Below are positions 13,005 to 26,411 of a stretch of 64,000 nt of DNA, one piece after another (the first letter of the stretch is position 1; each line of letters opens with the position of its first letter). The stretch is from positions 86,430,001 to 86,494,000 of the forward strand of contig NC_087437.1 in the NCBI RefSeq assembly GCF_036321535.1, given 5' to 3'. The stretch comes from Camelus dromedarius. Lineage: Eukaryota. The position numbers and the translations under genes were made by a program. A model generated the notes under the pieces. The model searched no databases, was not told the origin of the DNA, and worked only from the letters and a program-made list of their open reading frames with translations.

Positions 13005-14289
13005 AGAAGTGATGGTGCCAAGATATCTTCTGCATATTGAATGGCTGTTTTCACTTGAAATTGAAAGGTTAGAATTATAGAAACCAAACTGTGTTTCATC
13101 TTTGAAAGGTTTATCTTTCTAGACAGAAGGAGAGAAATTTCCCAACCTGTTCCTGCATATTTTTTTTCCTTTTCAGAGGTCAGCATTATTATTCACATAT
13201 CAAAATAAATATATTTCTACTGATAGACATTTTTTTTTATTGCAAAACAATCAGATATGGGAAGAGTAAACTTCATAATAGCTGCAAAATAGAGAAGTGG
13301 CTAAACAATTCAAGATAATTAGGAGAAAACATGTTTTTCTCCTTACTAGTAAGTAAATATAGATCAAGAAGCTGTATATGTCTCACATGCCCTACTTGAA
13401 GATTTCTATTTTATCTCAGTAAATTTATACTTGAAGTTATAAAAATGATCCTGAAAACCTTTGGTTTCATTTTGGTTCTAAATTTCAGTGTGATTTTTAA
13501 AGGAATATCTGTCTTCCCCATTAGATGGTAATGTCATTTCCTCTCTGGGAGTCTAGCATCCTCTTCTTCACTTTGCCTAATTGATGTCAGTTGAATTTGA
13601 TCCTCTTAACCGTTGCCTGCTCTCTAGCAGAGGTTCAGCACTTAAGCCTTTACTTCATTAATGGTTCTCATTCCTTAGTTTGAGCATTTTTTTGTCTTAA
13701 ATTTGTAAAGCATTTAGATCATTTTATCGACCTGTCAGTACTCTGCTGTTAACGATTTTCCCCTACGGTGGATTCAAATAGTTTCCGAAAGAATCTTCTT
13801 CACTGAGCATTATAGATTTTGACTCCTTAGCCATGGGGTTTAAATGTTCTTTTTACTGGGTAGAGCTTCTTACCCATTGCTTTATGGCCCATACTTTTAA
13901 AATGGATTCTCTTGACCTTTACCATATTTTTAAATTAAAGATAAATTATCAAATGATTAACCCTGTGATTTATCTTAGAAGGTAAGAAAAAAACGATTCC
14001 ATGGGCATATCTTCTCCAATATATTTCTTTGGCCTTAGATGAAATCGAGGATGATGTCTATAAAAGACCCACTAGAGGTAATATACGTGCAAATAAAGTT
14101 TTGGTGTGACTAGCCAAAAGACTATTTCCTTCTTTAAAATGTTCTATTTGGAGAATCTTAATCTGGGGTAAGTATTTTATAGGATAGTAAAACATTTTCA
14201 AGGCAATGTTTATTTCTGATTAAACGAACAGACAAAGGTAATGACTACTTCTCTGTCATTTACTGCTACTTCTCTTCCTTTCATTTCCC

Positions 14290-14733
14290 CCATACCAGTT
14301 TTGCCCCTCCTCACTCTTCCTCACACAGCCAAGCATATTACTGACTCAGAGACTTAGAACTTGCTGCTCCTTCTTCTTGAAATACTGTTCCTTCAGATAT
14401 TGATCGAGTTAGCTCTTTTGTGCTTTCAGGTTTTTCGTCAAAATTTACCTTCTCAGTGAGCCACCCTAGTCAACGTTTAAAAATTCAGCCTCCCATCTCT
14501 ACACTTCATATCCTCCCTTTCTACTTTACCTTTTTCTCCTTAGCACTGATTACAATCTGGCATATCATGTAGGTTATTTATTTGTTTATTTCTTATCTTT
14601 GAGTCCACAATTTAAGCCCTATGAGGGTGAGGCTTTTTTTCTTTCATTATCATATCCTCAGTGCCTAGCAGAGTGTTGGCACAGCTAAGAGTTCTATACA
14701 TGTTTATTAATTTAAAAATTGAAAGAAAGAATG
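14290..14733 (+). mobile_element. LINE-2 3' end
   Basis: cttgctgctccttcttcttgaaa...ccttctcagtgagcc...taagccctatgaggg...tcctcagtgcctagcagagtgttggcaca...gaatga. Confidence 0.78.
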
Positions 14734-15349
14734 ATTTCACCATGTCTGGTCAGGTAACTTAGTTTTTCCTTCTTTAAGTGTAATCTGTGTTTAATGTAAA
14801 TCTCTCCATTTATGTATAAGTCTAAACTAAGGATTTTGGAAAACACAGAATTAGTTTAAAACCTCTATATTTGAAATCATTGTAAGTAAAGGGTTAATGT
14901 ATTAAAGATGTACACTCCTTTTGTAAGACCGTTGCATAAGTAAATTATATTTTTTGTCATATGGCTGTCTTTATTTTTATTCCAAAGAATAAATAAATAA
15001 ATCAGCAGAAAAATATTTAGATAGGTGGTATGCAATGGCACCATAGGGAAATGTATTTGATGATTTAAAATAAACTATGTTCCAAGCAAATTATAATTGC
15101 TGCCCAGGAGAGAAAAGCAAAAACCAAGAAATTGTTTCAGCCTTTATTTGCTGGGAATTGTGTGCATATAATGCATTTGACAAAAAATAATGACAAAGGA
15201 GAGGTAGAAGTACTCATAGCAAAATATGAGTTCACAATTGGTTACAGGTCAAATGAGTCTGCCTAAAATGGAGGAAAGCAGTAATTGTTTTTTCAAAAGT
15301 AGTTCTTGGAAAAAATTAGAGCTGATCTATTTTAAAATAGCCTGATCTT

Positions 15350-15545
15350 TGTGCCTGGCACCATGCTTAGGACTTTGCTTACATTCAATTGCTAAGTCCT
15401 CCAGCAACACTGAGAGCTGGGTACTATTTTCTCCATTTTGCAGAGGAGAAAATGGAATCTCAGAGGGATTATGCACCTTGCCTTGTTACTGCACAGCTGC
15501 TAAGTGGTAGGTCAGAGATGCTGCCTTGCGTGGTCCTCTTAACTA
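15350..15545 (-). mobile_element. MIR SINE
   Basis: tgtgcctggcaccatgctt...ccattttgcagaggagaaaatgga...cacagctgctaagtgg. Confidence 0.75.
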
Positions 15546-17649
15546 CACAATGTAGTGCTGTATGTACATGGAGGCCGCAACTTGGATGCAAGCCTGATAG
15601 CCATTTTTGACTGTTTAAGCTTAACTCCATGGGGCCAGACATCTTTAGGGTATCTCTTAGGATTAAATTACCCAACTGGTAGCAATAGTGAGTGTATTTC
15701 ACAGAACTTTTTAACATCCACTTTTTCATTGCCATCAGTAACAAACACAGAAAAATGCAAAGTCATGTTGAATACAGGGACTGATTTGAGTTTACATCAG
15801 TTCTTTAGCTAATATATGCTCCAGAGTCAAAGTTTTGACTACATTCAATATTTGGGTCAGCCTTACACAGTTGACATCTGAAAAAGAGAAAGTCAGGAGA
15901 GAGAGAGAGCTAATAAACCTTTCTGATTCGTAGATGGAGAATCCCCTTGCCCCCAGTGATGAGCCTGTTTGATCTCTTGACAAGTGAAATTTTGCATCTT
16001 ACAGATAGAAACAAAGGGAGCCATTGAGCGGTAAAGCAAATGCCAAACTAAAAAAATACCTGGAGTCTGGTTTGGGGGTAGTAAACATTTGGAAGTTTGG
16101 CAGAGATGGTAGAGATTTGTAAATGTACAGATAGAAGGAAAAGTCTTGGAAAAAGCCACCATTTGATTGTTGCCATTCTTTCTATTGTGACTAGCCAGTC
16201 CCTTTGTTGGAGGGAAAGCCTTTCAGTTTTTCCAGATTGTTCTTACTTCTATCCCCATTAGTAGTCCTCTGACCCAGGACTATCTACGAGACGTTTTCAA
16301 ACAGATTTGATCATGCTCATCAGTTCTGCTGACTGGAATGCTATTAAACAATCCGTGATTTCTTTTTGAAACTCTGGAGAATAGAATATATTATTATGTA
16401 TTATAAACTCATAACTTTTTTCTTCTTTTCTCTCCTTTCTTTAAGTTTCCCTGGCTACTCTTAAAACTACACTCATTTCTCCCTAGCTGTAAAATTCTTC
16501 CTGTGCTGTTATAAGTTAGTCATAATCCGTTGTGGGTTTTATATTTTGTGATAGTAATTTACTCTGTTATAGCATAAGCAGGTTCAGTTTGTTTATTCAG
16601 CGTCCTACTATGCTGGCGTGGTTTAAAAAAAAAAAAAAAGCGAAATTCCCTTACAAGAGTTTTAAGCCAAATTCCCTCTGTCCAGGTGGTTCCTGCTACT
16701 AGGCCAGGAAAATGTAGAGCCTCTCTGTTTCCTGCTGATTTGTTTATAGTGGCCCTTGATTGCTATTAACGATCCCCAGCTGTACCAGTTACCTAGCCCT
16801 GTCTCCCTTCCATCTCTTCCACCCTCATTAACCTCTTGGGGTAGGTTCCTGCTCCTTTACTGTCCGATCCTTTCTCACTTCTTTGCAAAAGATGCAAACC
16901 TTTAATTTTAAGAACTTTCTAGGAAACAGCTGGAAAAACAAAAGTAATTAAGTCTGTCCTTAAAGGCATAAATGGCAATGCTGACACCTGAATGATTCTA
17001 AGTGGTTCTTTGATTTACATTTTTTCTTAACTTTATACTCATGAAACCATACGCATCCTCATTTTCACTCACTTTTAAAATAAATAATGAATTCTGAAGC
17101 AACTAAAAGTAGAGAAGACTCATGCATGCGCATACCTTTATCTACTTCAGATTTTTTTTTGGAGATATTTTAGGTATAGCTTTGTCAGATATGTGAAGTT
17201 TTTCATTACTCAAAGCCCACTCTTGACTACCACTTCCCACTCCTTTGGAGGTGCTATTTATTTTAGGTGCACAAGATATAAACAAATAAAAATATCATAG
17301 TGTTAACTGGTTTCCATTATATTCAGAAATGGAATATTTCTGTAGCTCTTTTGAAGTAGATGAAATGTTCTGTAAAGGAAAAAAAAAAAAAGGAACAGAA
17401 TGGAGAAGCAACTCAAATTACATCCTTTTAGCATCTAGTTAGACCTCAAAGCAAATGTGGCTCCATGAATTAAAGTGAAGTAGAGTGAATTAAAGTGTCT
17501 TTTGCCCTTGGTATTATTCTATATCCTCTTTTACTGTTCTTTGCTCTCTTTCTGTCTTAAATATTAATCTACAAATGACTTTTAAGACTTCAGAGTGCCC
17601 CTTTGTCTTCTAGTAGGACACTTGAGCATAAGAGCTAACATCCATGATA

Positions 17650-17785
17650 CACGTTCTAATTGTTGGATGCTGTACCACATACATTACGTACATTGCTCTT
17701 TTATTTCTCAAGAAACTTTTGGAGATAAGTTTTGAAATCATTCCCATTCATAGATGGAGATACCCAGACTTAGAGAGGTTGGATG
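17650..17785 (-). mobile_element. MIR fragment
   Basis: ttcccattcatagatggagatacccagacttagagaggtt resembles the MIR core. Confidence 0.55.
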
Positions 17786-19300
17786 TAAACATCATCTGGA
17801 CAATTCTTCCTTAAGAACTAATTGAACAAATGCAGTGTCCAAGTATTTTTCTCCTGAAGCTAAAGTAACTGAGAAAGAAGAATCTGCTTTCAGGGGAAGA
17901 ATCTCAGGGCTGGGACCAGGAGGCTCAGTGTTAAACAGCAGCAGCAGAAAAGCACTGAAGCCTCCTGTCGGGAGCAGCTATGGAGGGCTGCTGGGATTAA
18001 ACTGACCCAGTCATCTCACTCTGCCCTTTCTGAGGAAGGAGGAACCAACTGCTTTTGTTTTTCTCACTGGATACTAGAAAGAAATCCCCACATAATAGGA
18101 ATAAAGAGTATACATTTTTAAAATGAATAAAAAAGACGTAAGAGCTCTCTGATATGCCTAAAATGTCAGAAATTAACATTAATTAATAAAAATGTTCATA
18201 ATTTGGCCTACTAAATTATTTTAGAATCTGTGGGCAAGTTTTTGGTATTTTGTGATGAAATTCTTTGAGGGAGTTGCTTTTTAAGTGTACATAGGAAAAT
18301 TCAGACAACGTTGATAAATTGTATATTGGATCATAAATCATTTGGGGATTAATTTTGCCACCTGAACTTTTTTTTAAGCTTTTGATTCTTTTACAAATCT
18401 TAATCGCTTCTCTGTTTAAAAATATCCATTATCAGATAGCATGTATTTAGAGCTGTGACCAATGAAGCCAGAATGCCTTCCACTGTCTCTCCAGGAGGGA
18501 TGTTTTACTTGTGGGAACACAGGTTTGCTGAGTGAATTCCCCTGGTACAAATACACTATCCAAGGCAGCAGATTACAGTGTGTTTTAAGTGAACAGATAC
18601 ATTCCAAAATCAAATGAGGACTTGGGGAATTGCCCACATTTAACCAAATAACCAGCTGTGTAAATGTTAAAACACAATTGATCTACTACAGTATTTGAGA
18701 ATCATGGAGGGTCATTTAGTTCAGTACTCAGATGGTTACCCAGCAGGGCTGGAAGCTTTGCAGGTCCAGCCGTGACTGATATTAGTCATTACTGGAGATG
18801 ATCAAAAAGGCTGACTGGGCCTCTTTTAATCCTGTTACCGTTCAGCTTATGCATTCCTCCCCTCAATTTCCAGATCCTGGAGGAAATTTCTTCCCTAAAA
18901 TTTGGCTAAGGAGAAGGTTTTTTTTGATACATTTTTCCCCTCTTCATTTGATTTCTTACTCCTACATAGAAATGACAAAATTAAACATATAGCAGAAAAT
19001 CAGAGTATGTATCACAGACAAAAATAAGAATCTTAGTCAGAAATATTTTTGTTTTCTGGAGTGTCTTTCTTTCTTTCTTGTCAATCTATTTCCTTATGCT
19101 TTAGTCAAATTTACTTTTTTTATGATTTTCGGACCCTGAAGATTGTATTCACTTTTTTTTCTATATGGAAAGAAAACTCTTACACAAAGCTTCGATTTTA
19201 CATTGTTCTATTTCCTTTGTTTTTCTTGTATGTGGCTTTCTATTTTTTCGCTCAGCTGTATTTTAATGAGTTATTTCTGGTGACTGAACTATTGTCCTGA

Positions 19301-19373
19301 TACACACAGACACACACACACACATATACACGCATGCACGCACGCACATATACTGTATATATATGTGTATATA
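19301..19373. repeat. Compound (CA)/(CG)/(TA) microsatellite
   Basis: tacacacagacacacacacacacatatacacgcatgcacgcacgcacatatactgtatatatatgtgtatata. Confidence 0.85.
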
Positions 19374-22300
19374 GATTTTTGCCAGTATATAAATAATTAA
19401 TTTATTAAGAAGAGTTATGTATTCCACTGAAAATTATAAGAACGTATTTTTAGACCATTTAGAATAGATTTGTTGTAAAATGTTGTTGAATTGATAGTTG
19501 AACCTTTGCTTTTTAGATAAGGGCTCTAATAACAAAAAGAAAAGTATTTCCTTTTGGCTACACATAGCATTTTGAGTTTCTGAAGTGTTTTGAAACAATG
19601 ATTTGGCACATGCTTAAGACATGCAATTTTGGTTCAAATAAAAATAAAGTATTTATTATTTGAAAGAATAGCTTAGGGCTGAAATTTCACATTTTCTGAT
19701 GAGATGCAAGCCAAAAAGGAATCAAACAAAATTATTCTTTTGCTTAGATAAATAGCAATTACGGCAGAAAATGTTGAAAAATAACACCTCAGCAGAGCGT
19801 AGAGACCTATGGAAAGCAGTGTTAGTGTGTAAAAGAGTCTAGGAACCGAAAGATACTACCAAGTGTACAGAAACTTCTTTTTCTGTATTTGCTTTAATGC
19901 AGTAAAGCACTGCTCCAGAAGGCTGAAAAACTGGTTTTAGTCCTCCCTTTCCCCTAAGTAGTCATGGAATTTCATTTCCGTCAGTAAGTCAGTAAGTCAT
20001 CTTTCTGCAGGTGATGTCTCTGGTCTCTTTCCACTCTAAGGTTCTATGAATTCTAGAAACATTGACCTAGAGATTATTTCATAAATCATGAATACAAACT
20101 GACCAATCCAATCACAAATACCAATGTTGTCAGACCCAGGAGTGACCCTCTAATTTTCCATCACCATAGCCTGAACTCCTGAGCCAAAAAAAGAATCTTA
20201 TCTGATGTTACTGAGAGGTTGCATTAGAATAATGAAATTCCAGTGCAACTTGAACTCTGAATTTCAGGGGCAAAAGCTTTCAGTTTAGCTTTATCTTGTT
20301 TCATGGCCTTAGAGTTTCAAAAGGTAGCCTCTTTCTTATATGATTTGTGTGGAGAACAAGGGCTGATAGGTCCATTGCACTTTAAATACTTCGAAGTTCG
20401 ATTTCTATCTATCTCTCCCTGCTAAGAAGTACAGGGAGCTATCAGGACACATATTTAGAATAACTTTCATTTTCTGGATTTAAAATCCAATATCTGCTCC
20501 TTCACAAAAGGATAGTTTAATTTAAAGTTGCAAAGTCACTAGAATTCTTAGTATCTAAGGTCAAGTTGCAGGCCTTTATTTGTCTCCTTTTGTATTATTC
20601 TTTATATTGAATTTATTATACTATGTTTTTTGAAATTATTGTTCTATTTTTCACAATATCTATCATGGATGACCATCACTTACAGAATATCAGTAAATGG
20701 TTGATGAGTCTGACTGAATTAAATTGCCCTCTGATAAGTGGTGGGTAGATGAAGGATGATTATGTTCATCAGCCAGGCTACATTTGTTCTGCCATTTTGA
20801 GAAAAGATGGGCTAACTTTCCTATAAAGTTGCTTTTGAATTTGCAGTCTAATAGTAGGCCAGAGTCTACACTGGTGCCTTTGAATAGTTTAATTCAATGC
20901 TGTTAACCTCAAGTAAAACTAGTAGCTATTTAAATGTAACATATTTTTTGGAAACCAAGATTTTCACCCTTGCCTTCTGCTACTTAACTCTCTTCTGCTA
21001 AATTTGGCTCCTTTCTGCAGCTTAAGACTAATTAGTTCAGTTAGCTGTTTGACTAGATCCTAGCCACAAAACCAATTCAATCCCTCCAGCTAAAAACTTA
21101 ACTAACAAAAACACAAATTTCTGGGTTAAAGTTTGAACAAGAAGGGGAGTTGACAGAAAAAAGGGATGGTGAGTCTGGTTTGGAGTCACCATGCAAGAAA
21201 ATTGGGAGAAAGAGGGATCATAAAACATTCCAAGGCTGGGTATGTAGAAAGTGGAATATAATGGATGGAGTAGCAAAATACATTCACATCTAAGTTATGG
21301 CAAATGAATGAGGGTTAAAATCAGAAAGACAAGACTAAAACTGAGAAAATACTTAGTTTCATTGGAATATTTGGAACCACATGCCTTTAACAGAGATTGT
21401 GTGATAACAAGACTTGTTGCTAAAACCAATTAAAAGTAGCAAAATATCATTAATCTTTTTATGACTAAATATAATTAGATTTGCATTATAAATAGGATAA
21501 CATATATTATGGAAAAGTATAAGACATTTGTACAAACTGCATAGGGGCTAACATTATTGAGAAAGCAAAATTATGAAAGAAATAACAATTAACTATGCTA
21601 AAATAAAAAGCCCTCTGTATCTAATTATTACCCACTTTAGATATTGATATGATCCAAAATATGGTTCACAGTGCTTTCTATTTATTTAAGAAGTTTGGCT
21701 ACAACTTGGTGTTTTTCTTTATTTTTGGCTGGGTAGTGTTTGTATTTACCTTATTTTTGGTTATCTGCTTTTGTTGGTGGGAAGTCAGTAATGATTGAAA
21801 TTGGTTTGTGGTGTGAATTGGGGAGATTTTTATTTTATACTTGGTATCTGCTAACCTTTTATTTTAAAACAAAACTCTGCTTTTTACCTAGGCCCAGCCT
21901 GAGGAAAATGGGAGTTTAGTACAATGAACTAGGCCATTTATTTATTTGCAATTAGTATTCTCCTCTTAGTTACATATTTTTCACAGTCAACTGCTTTGCT
22001 AAATTAATTCCTTTTGTTCCTTCAAATTGTATTCCTTTTAAACATGTTCCCATGGTAAGAAAAGCTTCAAGTAAGAAATAGTCTATAATGTCAATAAAAA
22101 GGCTTTATTTTACTTTATTATTCTGTTATATACATAAAAATAAATACATTATTCCCAGTACTGGTATTGTTTTATCACTCAGATTCTTTAATACCACAGA
22201 AAAGAGGCACATAGGAATTGCCTTGACAAAGGGAACTTATTAAGTTTATATAGAAATATTGGGTTGAAAGTTCTTCTAAGATTGACATGTACTACCTCTT

Positions 22301-22925
22301 TTGGAGAACTGAAACCATAACTCAGTATTATCTAGGATCTAATAGGAATGTGAGACATCTTTTCATTTAACACTTATATTTCTAAAAATGAGGATTTGAT
22401 TGGCTTGGCTTATCATCTTTCAATATAGGGTGAGTTTATTGGGTAGAGTTTCAGAACAAAGCCCTTCAGAGATGGTTGGCCTCACTTTTGACCTGCCCCA
22501 ATGTGGTTGCCTTTGACTAGCACACTGATTATTGCTGCAGTCAGTTGTGGCCAAAGGACTGAGGTTGATTTCACTCAATATACATTTGAAAGCATCATAT
22601 ATAGGAAAGGACCAGTTCTGGTCACTTTCCTTAGGAGGATACTATGGGCTTGGCAGTCATCTGAGTTTACATGGATCTCCTTCCATCATGTCCAGTAAAA
22701 GTACCACTTTGTTAGGTAAGGAATTTTTCCTATTTAAATTAGATTAATTAAATTAATTATTTCCTTATTTTAATTAGTTAGAAAATCTGGTAGAATTAGA
22801 AGGATTCAGGAAAAAATATTCCATGTTAAAATACTAAAATCTAAATACTTTCATCTTAAGAAAGTAGTTTCCAATGTCATGCTTTTCTTCCTTGAAATCA
22901 TACACAATAAATTTGGGTGTATTGC

Positions 22926-24545
22926 CTGTATATTTGCTGCCTACAAGACATTCACTTCAGATCTAGAGACACATACAGACTGAAAGTGAGGGGATGGGAA
23001 AAGGTATTCTAAGCAAATAGAAATCAAAAGAAAGTCAGAGTAGCAATACTTATATGAGACAAAATAGATTTTAAAATAAAATCTGTTACAAGAGACAAAG
23101 AAGGACACTACATAATGATCAAGGGATCAATCCAAGAAGAAGATATAACAACTGTAGGTATATATGCATCCAACATAGGAGCACCTCAATATATAAGGGA
23201 AATATTAACAGATGTAAAGGGAGAAATTGACAGTAACACAATAATAGTAAGGGACTTTAACACCCCACTTACATCAACGGACAGATAACCTAGACAGAAA
23301 ATCAATAAGGAAATACAGGCCTTAAGGGACACATTAGACCAGATGGACTTAATTGATATTTACAGAGCATTCCATCTGAAAGCAGCAGAATACACCTTCT
23401 TTTCAAGTACATGGAACATTCTCCAGGACAGGTAACATGCTGGGCCACAAAGCAAGCCTTGGTAAATTTAAGAAAACTGAAATCACATCAAGCATCTTTT
23501 CTGACCACAGCACTATGAGATTTGATATCAACTACAAAAAACCACAGATGCATGGAGGCTAAACAATATGCTGCTAAAGAACCAGTGGATGACTGAAGAA
23601 ATCAAAGAAGAAATTAAAAAATACCTAGAGGCAAATCGCAACTAAAACATGATTCAAAACCTATGGGATTCAGCAAAAGCAGTCCTAAGACTAAGCAGCT
23701 ACTTGCAAAAGAATAAAATTGGAATATCTTCTAACACCATATACCAAAAAAAGTCAAAATGGATTAAAGACATAAATGTAAGACCAGATACTTCAAAACT
23801 CCTAGAGGAAAACATAGGTAGAACACTTTTTGACATAAATCCCAGCAATATTTTTTTGGATCTGTCTTCTAGAGTAATGCAAATAAAAGCAAAAATAAAC
23901 AAATGGGACCTAATTAGTCTTAAACACTTTTGCACAGCAAAGGAAACCCTAAACAAAACAAAAAGACAGCCTTCAAAATGGGAGAAAATATTTGCAAGTG
24001 ATGCGACTGACAAGGGATTAATTTCTAAAATATACTAACAGCTCATACAGCTTAATATCAAAAAAACCAAAAACAAATAATCCAGTCAAAAAATGGGCAT
24101 TTTTCCTAAGTAGACATTTCTCCAAAGAAGACAAACAGATGGCCAATAGTCACATGAAAATTGTGTTATTTTGTTAATTATTTTAATTATTAGAGAAATT
24201 CAAATCAAAACTATGGTGAGTTGTCACCTCACAGTGGTCAGAATGGCCATCATTAAAAAGTCTGTAAATAATAAGTGCTGGAGAGAGTGTGGAGAAAAGG
24301 GAACCCTCCCATACTGTTGGTGGGAATGTCAATTGGTGCAGCCACTATGGAGAACAGTATGGAGATTCCTTAAAAAACTAAAACTAGAGTTACCATATGA
24401 TCCAGCAATCCCACTTCTGGGCATATATCCAGAGGGAACTTTAATTCAAAAAGACACATGCACCCCAACGTTCATAATAGTACTGTTTACAATAGCCAAG
24501 ACATGGAAGCAACCTAAATGTTCAATAGATGAGTGAATAAAGAAG

Positions 24546-24587
<42 letters not shown>

Positions 24588-25058
24588 ATATTACTTAGCC
24601 ATAAAAAAGAATGAAATAATGCCATTTGCAGCAATGTGAATGGACCTAGAGATTATATAAGTGAAGTAAGTCAGAGAAAGACAAATATATATTTATTTAT
24701 ATGTGGAATCTTTAAAAAAATGATACAAATGAACTTATTTATAAACCAGAAATAGACTCATAGACATAGAAAACAAACTCTGGTTACCAAAGAGGAAAGG
24801 CAGGGGAGGTATAAATTAGCAGTTTGGGATTAACATATACACACTACCATGTATAAAATAGATAAACAATAAGGTCCTACTGTATAGCATAGGGAACGAT
24901 ATTCAATATCTTATAATAAGCTATAGTGGAAAATAATCTAAAAAAGAATATATATAAAGTATATATATATAATATATAAAGAGATATATATGAATCACTT
25001 TGCTGTACATCTGAAATTAACACAACATTGTAAATCAACTAGACTTCAATAAAAAAAA
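22926..25058 (+). mobile_element. LINE-1 with ORF2 endonuclease region joined directly to the ORF2 C-terminus (RT region missing), plus 3'UTR and poly-A
   Basis: 22930-23690 is endonuclease-like (ICCLQ..HFRSRDTYRLKVRGW, DFNTPL, SDH, QNLWDSAKAVLR). From ~23695 it is C-terminal ([33 protein letters not shown]). Many frameshifts; degenerate TSD aatttgggtgtatt / aaattgagtgcatt. Confidence 0.95.
24550..24585. repeat. (CA)n microsatellite inside L1
   Basis: Pure AC run of ~18 units. Confidence 0.97.
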
Positions 25059-25837
25059 TTGAGTGCATTTCATATCTAAAGGAGTTGGTAGACACTGTTT
25101 CATAAAGGTTAAAATTTCAGGGCTTATTATATCTGTGATCCGTAGGCTTAGTGTGATATGCCTGTGGTTTGGAAACTAGGACTTATTAGAGACTTACGAA
25201 TTTCCAGTGATCGCTCATGAATATTGAGTCTAGAAAAACCTTCACTTTCCTAAGTTTAGAGTTCAGTTTTATTGCTATAAATAAAAACACTGCCTGGTCT
25301 TCTTTTTTAAATAAGATATTTATAGAGAACAGAATAAATATAAACTGCCAGCTTTTTTACCAACAGTTTTTGCCTTTTTTAACGGGATATCTTATGAGGC
25401 AGTTAGCAGGAAACAACTGACACACCACATTTTGGGGTGAATGAGCAGTAAAACAGTAAGTAGAAACGGAGAAGCTCCTTAGATAATTTAGCAGCCTCAT
25501 AAAACTGAATTCTACCAGGAGCTGTTGGATTCAGTTGTCACATCCTGGAGGAGTTTTCAGTTTGCTCTGGAGGAAGTTTCTAGTCGGTTTAAAAGAGGGT
25601 TATTGACACAGAGGCCACAAAAGGTGTGGAGCTTAACACTTCCACTTACCCAGTCACACCAAATTAAAAACAGAGGACTGGGGAGAAGTAGCTTGGCAAC
25701 TCTAAATTATGCAGGAACAAGAGGTTAATTACTGAACCTCTCTGGCCATCTGCACACATTTAAAGGTTGAGAGAAACAGTTGACTGTATTCTGATGACTA
25801 CAGGAGAAACGCACTTACATTGCTTATTGAATGTGGG

Positions 25838-26062
25838 AATAATGCTAACATTTACGGCATGTTTATTACATGTGTCATACTATGTGTTAGTGCTTTTTAT
25901 ACCATTTATGTTCCTCAATGTCTTTTGTGTTGGGTCTTGTTATCGTCATTTACATCAATGAGAAAATGGGCTCAGAGAGGTTAACTGATTTACGTAAGGC
26001 CCCAAGGTAGTCAGAAGCCCATCTGGAATTGGGGCCCAAAGCTGACTGATTTAAAGTCCAAG
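25838..26062 (-). mobile_element. MIR SINE
   Basis: aataatgctaacattta...atgagaaaatgggctcagagaggttaactgattt...cccaaagctgactgatttaaagtcca. Confidence 0.75.
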
Positions 26063-26199
26063 GTGCCTTCAGGGACTTGGAGAAATTTATTTACTATTGT
26101 TCTAGGAGCAATGAGAAGCTTCCTGATGGAGTTATTGTAGGGGAACTGCTCACTAATTAAAAGGATAATAAACAACTTGTAAATAAAATGTAGTGCCTC

Positions 26200-26350
26200 T
26201 TTCATTTATTTATTTGTTCAAAAACACCTGCGTTGAGCCAGTGCCAAGGATATTGTGTGTGTGGTAGAATAAATCAGGAATAAATAAGTCACAATATCCA
26301 CCTCCAGTAAGGAGGAGAGACAGACATATGAACGAAAATTGTAGTATCAT
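26200..26350 (-). mobile_element. LINE-2 3' end fragment
   Basis: ttcatttatttatttgttcaaaaacacctg...gtgccaagg (antisense L2 tail). Confidence 0.55.
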
Positions 26351-26411
26351 ATAAAAAAAAGATATAAATGTGAGTTCCACCTAATGTTATTCACTTAAAT
26401 GTGTTGTTAGA

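Noticed and set aside
23649..24536. 129-aa and 121-aa ORFs as protein-coding genes
   Set aside because: They are fragments of a disrupted L1 ORF2
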